This document shows positions 1-12,754 of a stretch of 64,000 nucleotides of DNA, in pieces (the stretch's first letter is position 1; each line of letters opens with the position of its first letter). The position numbers and the translations under genes are program-made. Source of the stretch: Octopus sinensis (taxonomy: Eukaryota); the NCBI RefSeq assembly GCF_006345805.1, contig NC_043000.1, positions 111,414,001 through 111,478,000 on the forward strand, in the 5' to 3' direction. The notes under the pieces were generated by a model, which saw only the letters and a list, made by a program, of their open reading frames with translations, ran no database searches and was not told the DNA's origin.

Positions 1-345
1 CGAGTTCAAATTCCGCCGAGGTCAACTTTGCCTTTCATCCTTTCGGGGTCGATTAAATAAGTACCAGTTACGCACAGGGATCGATATAATCGACTTAATT
101 CGTTTGTCTGTCCTTGTTTGTCCCCTCTGTGTTTAGCCCCTTGTGGGCAGTGAAGAAATAGGTATTTCGTCTGCCATTACGTTCTGGGTTCAAATTCCGC
201 CGACGTCGACTCTGCCTTTCATCCTTTCGGGGTCGATTAAGTAAGTACCAGTTACGCACTGGAGTCGATGTAATCTACTTTATCCCTTTGTCTGTCCTTG
301 TTTGTCCCCTCTATGTTTAGCTCCTAGTGGACAATAAAGAAATAA
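1..345 (+). mobile_element. tRNA-derived SINE, head-to-tail partial dimer
   Basis: B-box-like gagttcaaattcc, conserved gcctttcatcctttcggggtcgattaaataagtaccag domain twice, tail aaagaaata. Confidence 0.85.
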
Positions 346-906
346 ATATAAGATGGCCGAGTCAACAGAAGAGCCTGCGTAACAGGGTAGAAATGGATGT
401 CAAAGCTCCCTCAAATCAAAGTCGATCGTCTTCAAGAAGAGATACATTAATAAAGGATATACTTTCGGTATTAGTCTACAGAATGTCGGTATGAGGCGAC
501 GACGTCGTTCACTCTCATTTTTAGCCTCTTTATCTGTCACGGGGGAAGGGTGTGTGGGTGAATGACGTCGTATACCAATATCGAAGGATTGTCAAATAAT
601 GTAGTCCTTATACTCATAAAAAAGAAAAAAGAAAAGAAGCGGGGTGGCTATGGTTGGAATGCCTCTTGATCGGAGTTTTGTTTAATCAACGTTGACTTGA
701 AGTTAAACAACGACAACAACAGCCACCACCACCACCACCACCACAGTAGCAACAACGAAAACGACAACCGCAATAACAATAATGACAATTCAGTGTTGCA
801 TTTGTTGTTGTTGTTCTGGTCGATTTAATCGACTAAACCCTTTTTACGTGATGCCCTAATATGGCCGTAGCTCAAGTAATGAAACATGCAAAAGAACAAA
901 AGAATA

Positions 907-1083
907 AATCTCTCTCTGTCTCTGTCTCTCTCTCTCTCTCTCTCTGTCTCTCTGTCTCACTGTCTCTATCTCTCTGTCTCGCTCTCTCTCTCTCTCCCTC
1001 CCTCTCTCTCTCTCTCCCTCTCCATGTGTGTGTGTGTGTATTCTTGGAAATGGATGTGTGACGTTCAATTAAATAATAATATA

Positions 1084-1126
<43 letters not shown>

Positions 1127-1176
1127 ATATATATATACATATACGCGCGCGCGCACAAACACATATATATACACAC

Positions 1177-1228
<52 letters not shown>

Positions 1229-1259
1229 GTGTGTGTGTGTGTATATATATATATGTATA

Positions 1260-1327
<68 letters not shown>

Positions 1328-1353
1328 ATATATATATATATGTATATATGTAT

Positions 1354-1384
<31 letters not shown>

Positions 1385-1390
1385 CATATA
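907..1390. repeat. Compound microsatellite (TC)n-(TG)n-(TA)n
   Basis: Direct reading. Confidence 0.98.
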
Positions 1391-1769
1391 TAAAACGTAT
1401 GTATCCCCCGTATTGTTTAACCTAACTGACTTAATGCATTGCTCTGTCGCCCAGACAACCCAAACTGACGTTATTATTACACAAGTTACAAACAAACACC
1501 CCGAATGAATATATAAAAAAAAAAAACACCCACCTCCATCCGTTCATCCAACATCGACTAGCCGCCACATGTATGCAATACCAGTTGCAGTTCTTAATTT
1601 AGCATCAGACATGACTGTGAAGTCAATATTTAGCTGAGTGTTGCTATTTAAAAATATAGATTTTTATTATAGGCTGACATTCAGCTGCGCAAGTTAGAGA
1701 CTGAGCGAATATTAACGTTGAGGTCCCGAATTATTCTTTTGCTACATCAAACTGGCATACCTACACAAG

Positions 1770-3100
1770 TGGGACCCACCTCTCCAATTTGTTTCTTCAT
1801 AACTTTCAGAAAAATGTATATTTTTAAAAGAAATTTTCAACTAATACCTTTTAGATATCGTAGATTCTGATTCTATTGGAATTTGTCTGGGAAATTCTTT
1901 CTTTTGTCTTTTATGGAGGTGAACCAGAGGAGTTTCAGATAATTCATACTCCTGGACTGTGTTTCCTCATAACTTTCAGGAAAATGGGTATTTTTGAATG
2001 AAATTTTCAACTAATACCTTGTAGATTCTGATTCTATTGGAATTTGTCTGGGAATTTCTTTCTTTCGTCTTTTTTTTTTTTTTGAGGTGAACCAGAAGAG
2101 TTTCAGATAATTCGTACTCCTGGACTTTGTTTCCTCATAACTTTCAGGAAAATGGGTATTTTTAAATGAAATTTTCAACTAATACCTTTTAGATATCGTA
2201 GATTCTGATTCTATTGGAATTTGCCTGGGAAATTCTTTCTTTTGTCTATTTTTGGAGGTGAACCAGAAGAGTTTTAGATAATTCGTACTCCTGGACTTTG
2301 TTTCCTCATAACTTTCAGAAAAATGGGTATTTTTGAATAAAATTTTCAACTAATACCTTTTAGATATCGTAGATTCTGATTCTATTGGAATTTGTCTGGG
2401 AAATTCTTTCTTTTGTCTAGTTTTGGAGGTGAACCAGAAGAGTTTCAGATAATTCGTACTCCCGGACTTTGTTTCCTCATAACTTTCAGAAAAATGGGTA
2501 TTTTTAAATAAAATTTTCTGAAAATTACTTTCAGGTAGTTTAGATTACGATTATATCAGAATTTAATTTTAAAATAATTGAGGAGGGTGTGGGTATGTCA
2601 CACATTTTGACTTTGTTTCCTCATACAATTTGATGATGCCGATTGCAATTATGTTGTAAAAGGATTATTTTTTCGAATAAAAATTTCCAGGTCTATAGCA
2701 TACCAAATCAGCCATACAAGACAAATTCACCTCAAATAACTTTTTTCTTCTAATTATACTGGTGTGTTTGGAAAATTTCGTTTTATTAAAAAACATTCAT
2801 TTAACAAATTTCAAAGGTGAGGGGTAGAATTATCTCAAAAGTTTGTTTTTTTTCAACACAACTGTTTTTAACATCATCAAAATGTATGAGGTAACAAAGT
2901 CAAGGCGCGTGAAATATCACCCACCTTAATCAATGTTTTTATATTGTGTTTTTTGTTTTGTTTTTTTGTTTTTGTTTTTTACATCAAATTCCAATTTAAT
3001 TGTGATCTATGCCAACTGAAATGAATTTGTGGAAAATTAAATTTAAAATATCCATTTTTCAGAAAGTTGAGGAAACAAAGTCGGTGGTGGGGAGAGAGAA
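1770..3100. mobile_element. Fold-back-like element with long imperfect inverted arms and a 170-bp tandem array in the left arm
   Basis: 2466-2640 is the inverted counterpart of 2870-3085; unit repeats at 1798, 1968, 2136, 2307, 2478. Confidence 0.7.
1788..2525. repeat. About 170-bp tandem repeat, about 4.3 copies
   Basis: Periods 170, 168, 171, 171 measured on cataactttcag. Confidence 0.95.
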
Positions 3101-4239
3101 TCACTTGTATAGTTAAGCCCTTAAATTAATTTACTTATAAATAAGAAGGCTTTCTACGTAGTCGCTTGACCTTCTAGAAATAGCAGCCAAATTTCCCTCA
3201 AATGAAAAGCCATCATTTTATTTGGCCTGCGAAGATTGAAAAAGGATGCCATACAAATCGTCATATTTAATAAGATTAAGGTCACTTCAAATGTTTTTTA
3301 ATCTTGTCTCTCGATAAAATATGTTTGGTAAAGTTTATTTAATAATGTCTGCTTGTTAATGTTTTCTGAATAACAATTCTAATTGGCTGAAAATAGTCAC
3401 AACCCCTTCCCCCAATCATATGTCATTTCCTACAAATTGACTGCTTCATTATTTGGACAAAGGGGGACATATAACTAGTGAAATTCAATATGTACAGTGC
3501 ATACTAGGGACTGTAATCAATATTCTTGTATCCCTTATTTTGTTTGTGATGTCTGGTAAACGAGTTAGACACAATTGTCCTGCCATTTGTATTTGATGGC
3601 GCTGTAGGTATATTCTGGATTAAAAAAACAAAAAAAACATAGGCACACATGTGGCTGTGTGGTTAAGAAATTCGCTTTGCAGCTACATGGTTTCAGGTTC
3701 AATCCCACAGCGCAGTATCCAAAACTATCTGATCTGTTTCCTCTTTTCTGGATGAGATATATTATGCATTCATCCAGATCTTTGTGAGAGCTGAGATCTT
3801 CCAAAGAGATGTTTGAAAAATAGCAAAAGTCATTTTTTTACTCCCATTTTGGATGATTTTATGAGAATTGTATGGCTTTGTACTGAGTTTGGATGCAATC
3901 TATCAATGTTAGATATTACGTTTCAGACATAAACTGTTGATGACAAAGTTTCAGAGTTGAAGAACTCACCTGGGTCATCTGCTTGCGTTTACAGGTAGGG
4001 CTATGACAACATTGAAGGATGGTTCTGTCAGTTTTTCTTTTAGCTTTGTTAAGAATCAGCAAAATGTGAGTCATTCGTTGAGAAGAAAACTGCCTTATTT
4101 TGTAAAAGCACAATCAACTTGCAACTGTTCAACAAGAATATTAACCACTTCGTTTGCATCATTTTTGGAGGTTCCATGGAACTCTAAAAGAAATCCTTTC
4201 TACACTTTTCAAATCACTGGAAAACAAATAAAAATAACA

Positions 4240-4770
4240 ACCAATCACAAACCAACACCAGACCAATCCCAAATTACAGACAACTACTACACTAATGCCA
4301 GATCAAAACCACACTAACAGCAGATGGCCACCAGACTAACATTGGATTTAGAGTAGTGCTAGATCGATATTTGACCAACATCATACCAACTCCAGATCAA
4401 CATCAGACAAACTCCACACGAAAACTAGACTATCCTCTAACTAATATCTGACAAACACCAGATCAACTACAGAGTAACACCTGACCAACACCAGATCACT
4501 ATCAGACCAACTCCAGATCAACCCTTGATCAACTCCAGATCAACCCTTGATCAACTCCAGATCAACATTCGACCAAAACCAGCTCCATCAGATCATCACT
4601 AAACTAACAGCACATTGTTCCAGACTACCTCCAGTTGAACACCAGACTGATTCCAGTTGAATACCAGACCACTGCTCAACCAACTGCCAGATTATCACCA
4701 GACTAACACCAGATCAATACCATGCCATTCCTAGACCAACTCCAAAATTATTGCCAGACCAATAGCAGGC
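4240..4770. repeat. Degenerate minisatellite (accagatcaac / actccagatcaac units)
   Basis: Exact 22-bp duplication caactccagatcaacccttgat at about 4508-4560 amid decayed copies. Confidence 0.7.
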
Positions 4771-6157
4771 TGTACAACTGTTCCTCACTCCATAAATACC
4801 TACTAGTCCACCAGAATCGTTGAATCAATATATCTTAAACTCTCACAGAATATATTGGAACATCACAGAATAATAAATAAGTAAATAAATAAATAAACAA
4901 ATAGATCTGATCATCTTCTTTCTCATTTCTTTTCTTTCCTTCAGTTCTTTTATGCTTTTCTTTCTCCTCATTCTTCCAGATTAGATCTACTTTTTATCAC
5001 CACTTCTTCTTCTTCATCCTTTTTCTTTCACAACATCGCCAGATCTGTTCAATTACTCAATCAATATTAGCGAGAGAGATAGATAGATAGAGAGAGAGAC
5101 AGAGACAGAGACAGACTGACAGACAGACTGACGACAGACAGGGAGAAAGAAAGAGAGGAAAGAAAGGGAACAAGAGAGAGAGAGAGAAAGAGAGGGAGAG
5201 ATTTCGGTAGCAGTAATAGTAACAACCGATGTGCTGGCAAATATCGATCCATATTCTCCTGCAGTATTTTTTCCGCCCCGTTTCACATCTTACCCAACAC
5301 TTGATAGTAATTCCGTCAAACTTAGCAAACTTTTTTTTCCTTCTGTCTTTCTTTGTTTCTATAAAGCCTGGCTGGTCGGTTAATGAATTCGCTTCATAAC
5401 TATGCTATTTAGGGTTCAATCTCAATGCTCACCACTTTAGGTAAATGTCTTGTACCATAACTTAGGTTCATCTGACTCTATGTGAATGAAATTTAGCAGG
5501 CAGAAACTGTGTGGAAGCCTCTGCAAGAAACAAGCAATATCGTTGGGTGTCAGTCTTAATTAGTCATAGTACAGGTCTTTAAGTTCATAAAGCAGAATCC
5601 ACACTACAACAAAAATTTGTTCTCACAACAAATTCACGAGCTGAATACCCTAAGCACTAAGCCACACACCTTCACACACACACACATATATATACATGTA
5701 TATATATACATATACATATATATATATAATATATATATATATATTTATATTAGAAAAACCAATTCAAAATGAACAATTAAATTATACCATCTAGAAAATT
5801 ACATATAATAGAAATATTAAAATTAAAAAACAATAATATACTGATCATCATCATCATCATCATCATTTAGCGTCCGTTCTCCATGCTAGCATGGGTTGGA
5901 CTGTTCAACTGGGGTCTGTGAAGCTGGAAGGCTTCATCAGGCCCAGTCAGATCTGGCAGTGTTTCTACGGCTGATGATTAAGTAAATTGCAAAATAATAG
6001 TAAAAACGTAAATATTTGGGTTTTTTCTAATTTATATACATATATATTATATTTTGTGAAATTTGATATACTATTGAATTTTTTCCTGTAAGTTAGGAAT
6101 AATATTCCCTCAAATAATTATTATATATATATGTGTGTGTGTGTGTGCGTGTATACT

Positions 6158-6520
6158 CAGTGGTGGAATGGCCAGGTTGCCAGCTTGTCCAATGGCAAGT
6201 GGACCTCTGCGCCATTAGAATCCATATATGGGGTGGGGGCATGTTAGTGTCTAAGGGTCCATCCCCTCAAGTTTCAGAATTTTCTATCCACTTCTGGAAG
6301 AATGCATTAATTATTGTAGCCTAGTTGTGTTTGTACACAGTTGAAAAGAATACTTTTAACAAAATAAGAATTACATGATAGCATTGTAGTTGTGGGTGGG
6401 CCCTCCTTGTAGTTGCAGGTGCCCCCCCTCCCCGATAATTGCAGGTAGACCCCTTTGTAGTTGCGGGTAGGCCCCCTTAGTCTCCTGGCAACCAATATTT
6501 TTAGACCCAGTCCGCCACTA
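6158..6520. mobile_element. hAT (Tip100-like) MITE
   Basis: TIRs cagtggtggaatgg / ccagtccgccacta; no clear TSD. Confidence 0.5.
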
Positions 6521-6532
6521 TATGTATATATG

Positions 6533-6588
<56 letters not shown>

Positions 6589-6759
6589 TACACACACATA
6601 CACATATATGCAGAAAATGAGAGAGAGAGAGAGCGTATAACATACTGTTTAATATTGGTTACAATTGTTTCAGGACCTTAAGTCTTCAAACCACAGTTAT
6701 TTGTGTGTAATATATTTCCGTGTATCGTTTCCATTTCGATTTTTCGTGCGCGCGCGCGT

Positions 6760-6799
<40 letters not shown>

Positions 6800-7880
6800 A
6801 TGTGTTGAAAAACATATTTCGAATACGATATTATTATAGCCAACCAATGTTAAGAACCTCATGTAAATCTATGCATATCTCACGCCCTATTAAGTATTAA
6901 ATATAATTTGCCCTTCGATTTTCTTTCACTATCATAATTCATTTGAATAATTTACACAGTGTATATTCGTGGGTATAATAAAGCAGGAGATTCAGTGAAA
7001 GCCTTTATTATAGCGTCATAGATTACATAATCCTTACACGTGTTTCACTGGTGTAATTTAGTATGTGATGCGGTGATCGTTACATAAACGATTACATAAT
7101 CACCTGATCTTCAGAAAAAAAGATAGCAATTTAATCCGTTGTTAATTATCAACATTACTTGGTTGACAAAGCTAAAGGAAAACTACGTGTAAATTTAGTA
7201 GAACATCCCTTATATAGCAGTTAAGAAAAAGAATTTTATTGTACTGTTTCTGAGAAAGGAAGGGAGGAAGAGGAAATGGATATAAGTATAGTCAGGGTGT
7301 CTGGAGAAAAGAAAAAAAATTGACACCTAAAGCATTGTAGGTCAACAAATGAGTCGAGTTCACGTTAATGATGATTAATAGCTTAGAATTTAGTGGCGGA
7401 TAAAAAGGCTGGAGATTACGCACTTATATATACATCGGTACACACGCACTCGTTCACATACGTCCATGTACATATATAACATTTTCTTCACTGACAACCA
7501 CTGATGTACGCATGTATGTTTATATCCGAATGTCTAAGCGTATACGAAGGATAGTGGAAGTTCAAATACGCACCAATGCCCAATACACTCTCTCTTATTT
7601 CTTCAGTGAGACAGACGAATATAGCAACACTCAATTCGAGGAGAGAGAGAGGTGGGGAGAAAAAGTCTTCAGCCACGTTTCGTTTATAATAAATTTAAGG
7701 ATCTTTTCGTGGGTTTGGTGAATACGCTAGGTCATATATTGATTTAATTGTTAATTGAGCGCTAATTGTTAAGGCAAGTACATACATACATAAATAAATA
7801 CATATATACGCGCATGCATGCATACATACATACATACATACATACATACATGGTGGCTGCCCCCTCGTTATCAAGTATGG

Positions 7881-9066
7881 CCATTGCACGAAGCTTAATC
7901 AATGTTGGGATCTTTTCATTTCCAAGGCCTGTTTTTTCAGATTTTTCCTACTTAACCAAACAATTTGAAACTTCGTATACTGGTAGAATGAGTCAAAAGA
8001 AAACATAATTGTAAACCAGAATGAAAACGGAATTGTAATTTCAAAGTTTAACGTTGTTTAATAATTAGAATTTTAACCAATGGTATTCGGTCTTTCGGCT
8101 TCATATTATTTACTCCGTCTCAATAGACGTAAACGGCTATTTTGCTGACGTATTTAACATACGTGAAATGTAAACACCCGTATTCCTTCAGTTTCTATTC
8201 ACATTTTTTAAATATATTATTAACTAACTTATATATTAAACTTATATATTATATAACTAACTTAGTTTTTGTAAATTTTCGTATATTTTTTGTGATTTTT
8301 TTATTCCTTACTTTATTCGTGTAACTTTTTATCTTTGGCAATCTTTCGTATGTGTGTGTATGTATGTGTGTGTGTGTATGTATGTATGGCCGATTCAGTG
8401 TTTACATTATTTCGAGTTAAAACGAAAGATTACCTTTGCTATGTAGAAAATAATGAGGTTGACTCAATGGAATAATGACAGTGATCGAAGATATAGACAA
8501 AATTTTTTTTGGTAATCTTTCGTTTTAACTCGAAATAATGTAAACACTGAATCGGCCATACATACACACACACATACATACACACACATATACACACACA
8601 TACATAGATACATACACACACACACATACATGCATACATACATATACACATACACCGAGTAAAAAATTTCAGTTATCTCTCTCTTTCACACATTACTCTC
8701 TCTGTCTCTTCACACACACTAACAGAAGTACTTCACTTACACAACATACTTTCTGTCTCCCACACCCCATCAAACACACACACACGCACACAAAACACAG
8801 ACCTACGCACAGCTGTCTACGTCACACTAAGATAATGCAGTTAATTATTTCAAATGAAAACAAACAATACGATTGGTTAAAATTCGCAGATTTAATCTAC
8901 CCTTAAAGTTATAAAATACATTTTTCTCAAATAAACAAGTTGAAACTAGTGTTTTCTTTTGAAACATTCTACCAGTATACGAAGTTTCAAATTATTTAGT
9001 TAACTAGAAAAATCTGACAAAACAGGCCTTGGAAATGAAAAGATCCCAATGTTGTTATCGTGCAAT
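7881..9066. mobile_element. Element with about 120-bp terminal inverted repeats (MITE/fold-back)
   Basis: 7881-8006 vs 8950-9066: ttgggatcttttcatttccaaggcctgtttt..ttgaaacttcgtatactggtagaatg inverted. Confidence 0.7.
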
Positions 9067-9159
9067 GCCTGTGCAAGAAGATTTTTTTTAAAGTGAGGAA
9101 AGGCTGTGCACCGAGTCAATCCTACTCACTAAGCAACAGCAGCCATAATCCGAAAAGAA

Positions 9160-9540
9160 GAACAAGTCAACATCATCGGTAACCACTGAGCCGCAGATTT
9201 ATGTCGGAGTTATCCCAGTTACCTTCTCCTAGAAGGATGCCCTAACAAAGGCTAGGAGTCCTTCACTCCCAATGGTTTAACCGCGCGATCGGGTATTAAG
9301 TCCGATTATTTCTATGTCCCCGCGCATGATACAGCCTTAAGACATTTATTGGATGGCTGTTGACACTCAAGAGTTCCTCCACCCTTTGACAGGTTTTGTT
9401 TTTCATCCCGCAGGGTGTCCAATAAACACCCTCCTCACCAAGCAAGCTTGGTGGGGTTGCCGGTTTAGTCGCCGACGACCCGACCATGCAACAGGTTGTA
9501 CTGGGTTACATGTTACCAGTAGAACTCGAAAGTGACCTGA
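9160..9540 (-). mobile_element. RTE 5'UTR-like / Ceph-domain-like repeat
   Basis: Minus strand contains ggcatccttctaggagaaggtaact, resembling the CTAGGAGAAGG motif of RTE 5'UTRs and Ceph-SINEs; GC-rich. Confidence 0.5.
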
Positions 9541-9551
9541 CATACATACAT

Positions 9552-9588
<37 letters not shown>

Positions 9589-9958
9589 TGCATATTTATA
9601 TTTATATAGAAATATATTCACGTAGAGCACAAAAAATACAAAATATTAAGAAGAAAATACATAATTTCTGAACTTGACAGTTCTTTCAGGAAGCTTGAAA
9701 TTTTGTGACATTCATACTTGGTAGATGGGATATGCAAAGTTTTGGGTTTGCAACCAGTAAACAGTCACACAAAGATATTACAAAAAAGTCCAGCTTCCCT
9801 CATCAAGAGAAGGGCGGCAAAGGATTTCTTTTATAGCCACTTGTGACCCCATGGACCTTGTCCTGGATGAAGAATTCGGAGTTTAAGTTTAAATTCATTT
9901 GGAAGCTACCATGTGTTTTCTGTACTGAACATATCTACCTCCCTGTATGTATGTATAT

Positions 9959-10015
<57 letters not shown>

Positions 10016-11105
10016 TCATTTCTACGACCTTTCCTTTCGTTACACTTTTCTCGGCTGAAACTGGATCGGTTACCTGCAAACTTTCATTATCTTTTAAAGT
10101 GTTTGCATTTGAACGATTCCTCAACGAAGCATTTTCAGTAGAAGGAACAGATGGTTCAGATTCTCTAATTTGAGAATTTTCTGCAACGTGTTCTTCACTA
10201 GCCACTTCCATCAACATTTCATCTCGCGTCTTTTCAAGGAGGACTTGTTTAGTGTCCTCAATCACAAAATGGCTTGCGTTTTCTTAGTCCATGTTGACTT
10301 TCTTAGCAACTGGTTCGTTTTCAATTTCAGCAGTTGATATCTGCTTACGTTTGAAATCTTCTTGTAGGACTTGCTTTAAATGTATCGTTAATTCTTGTTC
10401 ATTTTTTTCTTCTAACCAGAATTATTTATCGCACAAGCTTATTGTTATTATTTCTTTATTTTTGTTCCACACAGAACCAATTTTTTTTTTCAAAATGCCG
10501 CAGGTAGTACCAAGTCTACATTATTACTAGTAGCGCTACTACATATAGCATCCTGACTTATAAATCCTTCGAACGGACTTATTATTTTTTTTCTTTCACA
10601 CAGAATTATTTTTCACCGTGTGTAGTTCAGTTCTGTCTAGAGTTCCAGTTTTATCAGACATTTTTTTTCTTCGGGATCTTCTTTTTTTAATATATTTTTT
10701 CTGTGTGTATATTACTTTTCACCATGAGTAGTTCAATTCTGTGTTAGAGATCGAATTCTTCAAACTTTCTTTCATTGTTCTTGAACGTAGGTCTTCCATT
10801 TCGACACACCTATGAGCGTTCGTAACCCCGTTACCACTGTTATAATGACACTTTTATACAGTGTGAGTAATCCTCATCGCCACTGTTATGTCCCGCATTA
10901 CGACGATGTATTTCGTCGTCTGCGGGACTGGCCCGAACAGCGTACCTTCACTCACATTACTGACTGTATCAGTCCACTATTTATTAGTAATGGACCAGCC
11001 CACTGCTCACCTGGGGGTGTCCACCACTGCAATATTTATACATATGCATACATATATATATATATATGTACGTATGTATATATGTACATATATATATATA
11101 TATAT

Positions 11106-11139
<34 letters not shown>

Positions 11140-11171
11140 ATATTATATATATATATGTACGTATGTATATA

Positions 11172-11229
<58 letters not shown>

Positions 11230-11231
<2 letters not shown>

Positions 11232-11600
11232 CGCAGGAGTGGCTGTGTGGTAAGTAGCTTGCTTACCAACCACATGGTTTCGGATTCAGTCCCACTGCGT
11301 GGCATCTTGGGCAAGTGTCTTCTACTATAGCCTCGGGCCGACCAATGCCTTGTGAGTGGCTTTGGTAGACGGAAACTGAACGAAGCCTGTATGTGTATAT
11401 GTTTGTGTGTCTGTGTTAGTCCCCCTAGCATTGCTTGACAACCGATGCTGGTGTGTTTACGTTACGTCCCCGTAACTTAGCGGTTCGGCAAAAGAGACCG
11501 ATAGAATAAGTACTGGGCTTACAAAGAATAAGTCCCGGGGTCGATTTGCTCGACTAAAGGCGGTGCTCCAGCATGGCCGCAGTCAAATGACTGAAACAAG
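11230..11600 (+). mobile_element. tRNA-derived CORE-like SINE with 3' extension
   Basis: tRNA-like head gtggctgtgtggtaag..ggattcagtcccac, CORE-like ttgggcaagtgtcttctactatagcc, tail cagcatggccgcagtcaaatgactgaaacaag. Confidence 0.85.
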
Positions 11601-11631
11601 TTATTGAGTAAATGAATGTACATATATTATA

Positions 11632-11662
<31 letters not shown>

Positions 11663-12754
11663 GTCTGTTTTTTTCCAGTCTCTCTCCATTTGTTTCCTCG
11701 AAATGTAAAAGACTTTTTCCATTCTTCCCGAGCGTTGAACTAATACACCTACTTGTTGTTCCTACACCTGTCTTCGCCTTTTGTTTTCTGTAAATTTGAA
11801 CTGTGTGTGTGGGTGTATGTGTATACTTGCTTAAAAATTAGACCGACATATGACCTATACACACACACACACATTCTCTCTCGTACGATCGCGCATAAAG
11901 AAACTTACCGGTGTGTATATTGTTTACTGATGTATTGAGGATATATTGATTTTATATTGCTGTTATTTGAAAAAACTTCCTATGTTCTTATAGTAGCGTT
12001 ATTTTTAGTTAGCTGAAAGAATGCAGTCGATTATCATCCTGCTTCATCTGTGTAGAATTGTATTCGTAGAATTTAAATGACTCTCGTTTCGGATAAGAAA
12101 CTTTTTGTTAGTTAATAAAATACGAAATGTTTCTGTAGAACATAATTTGCATTCTTTCTTATTTTCAGAGTAAGAGGGGCCTCTAGTTACGATACCCCAG
12201 AGTAGAAAGTATTTTGAATTTGCAGAGTTAAGATTAAAGATATACTTCGCCAGTCTAGTTGAATTACGTAGTTTGATATTCCTAAAACCGTGTGTATGTA
12301 AGTTGTAACGATACTTAAAAGGATTAGAAGTAGATCCTATGTAATAATGGGTATTATTTTTTGTAATGACGCTGCATCTGTAGATAATGTTACATAGTAA
12401 GCTGTTGCCTCTAAAAAGGGCAAGCAGAAGTTGTTCTAAAGTTACAATTTAAGTGATTATTTTATAAAATAGATGAGTATTCATACGAGTTTCAAGTTTT
12501 GCGGTTATCGTTTGTTTCTACACTATTAAGAGCGCCATTGCCACTATTTACGTTATCTTTCCATTGAGAACTGACTTTCGATTCTGTATAAGAAAAATAA
12601 ATATCTCTCTTTTTATAGGTTGATTGTAGAGTTTGAATTTGTGTGTTTTCGGTTATAGGAATTACTAGTGTTGACTTCATTCATTATTTTGCTAACAGGG
12701 TGTACAATATTATCGTCTCTTATATCATGGTTTAAGTCCCCCAAAATTCTTCAG

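Noticed and set aside
856-1508. [16 protein letters not shown] ORFs here and throughout the track
   Set aside because: Translations of TA, TG, CA and TC microsatellites; no coding signal
9440-9540. HDV-like ribozyme at the RTE-like 5' end
   Set aside because: P4-like hairpin, CTAA and a P2 candidate are present, but P1, P3 and P1.1 could not be assigned
11230-11310. tRNA gene
   Set aside because: Only the A/B-box head of a SINE; no cloverleaf or acceptor stem
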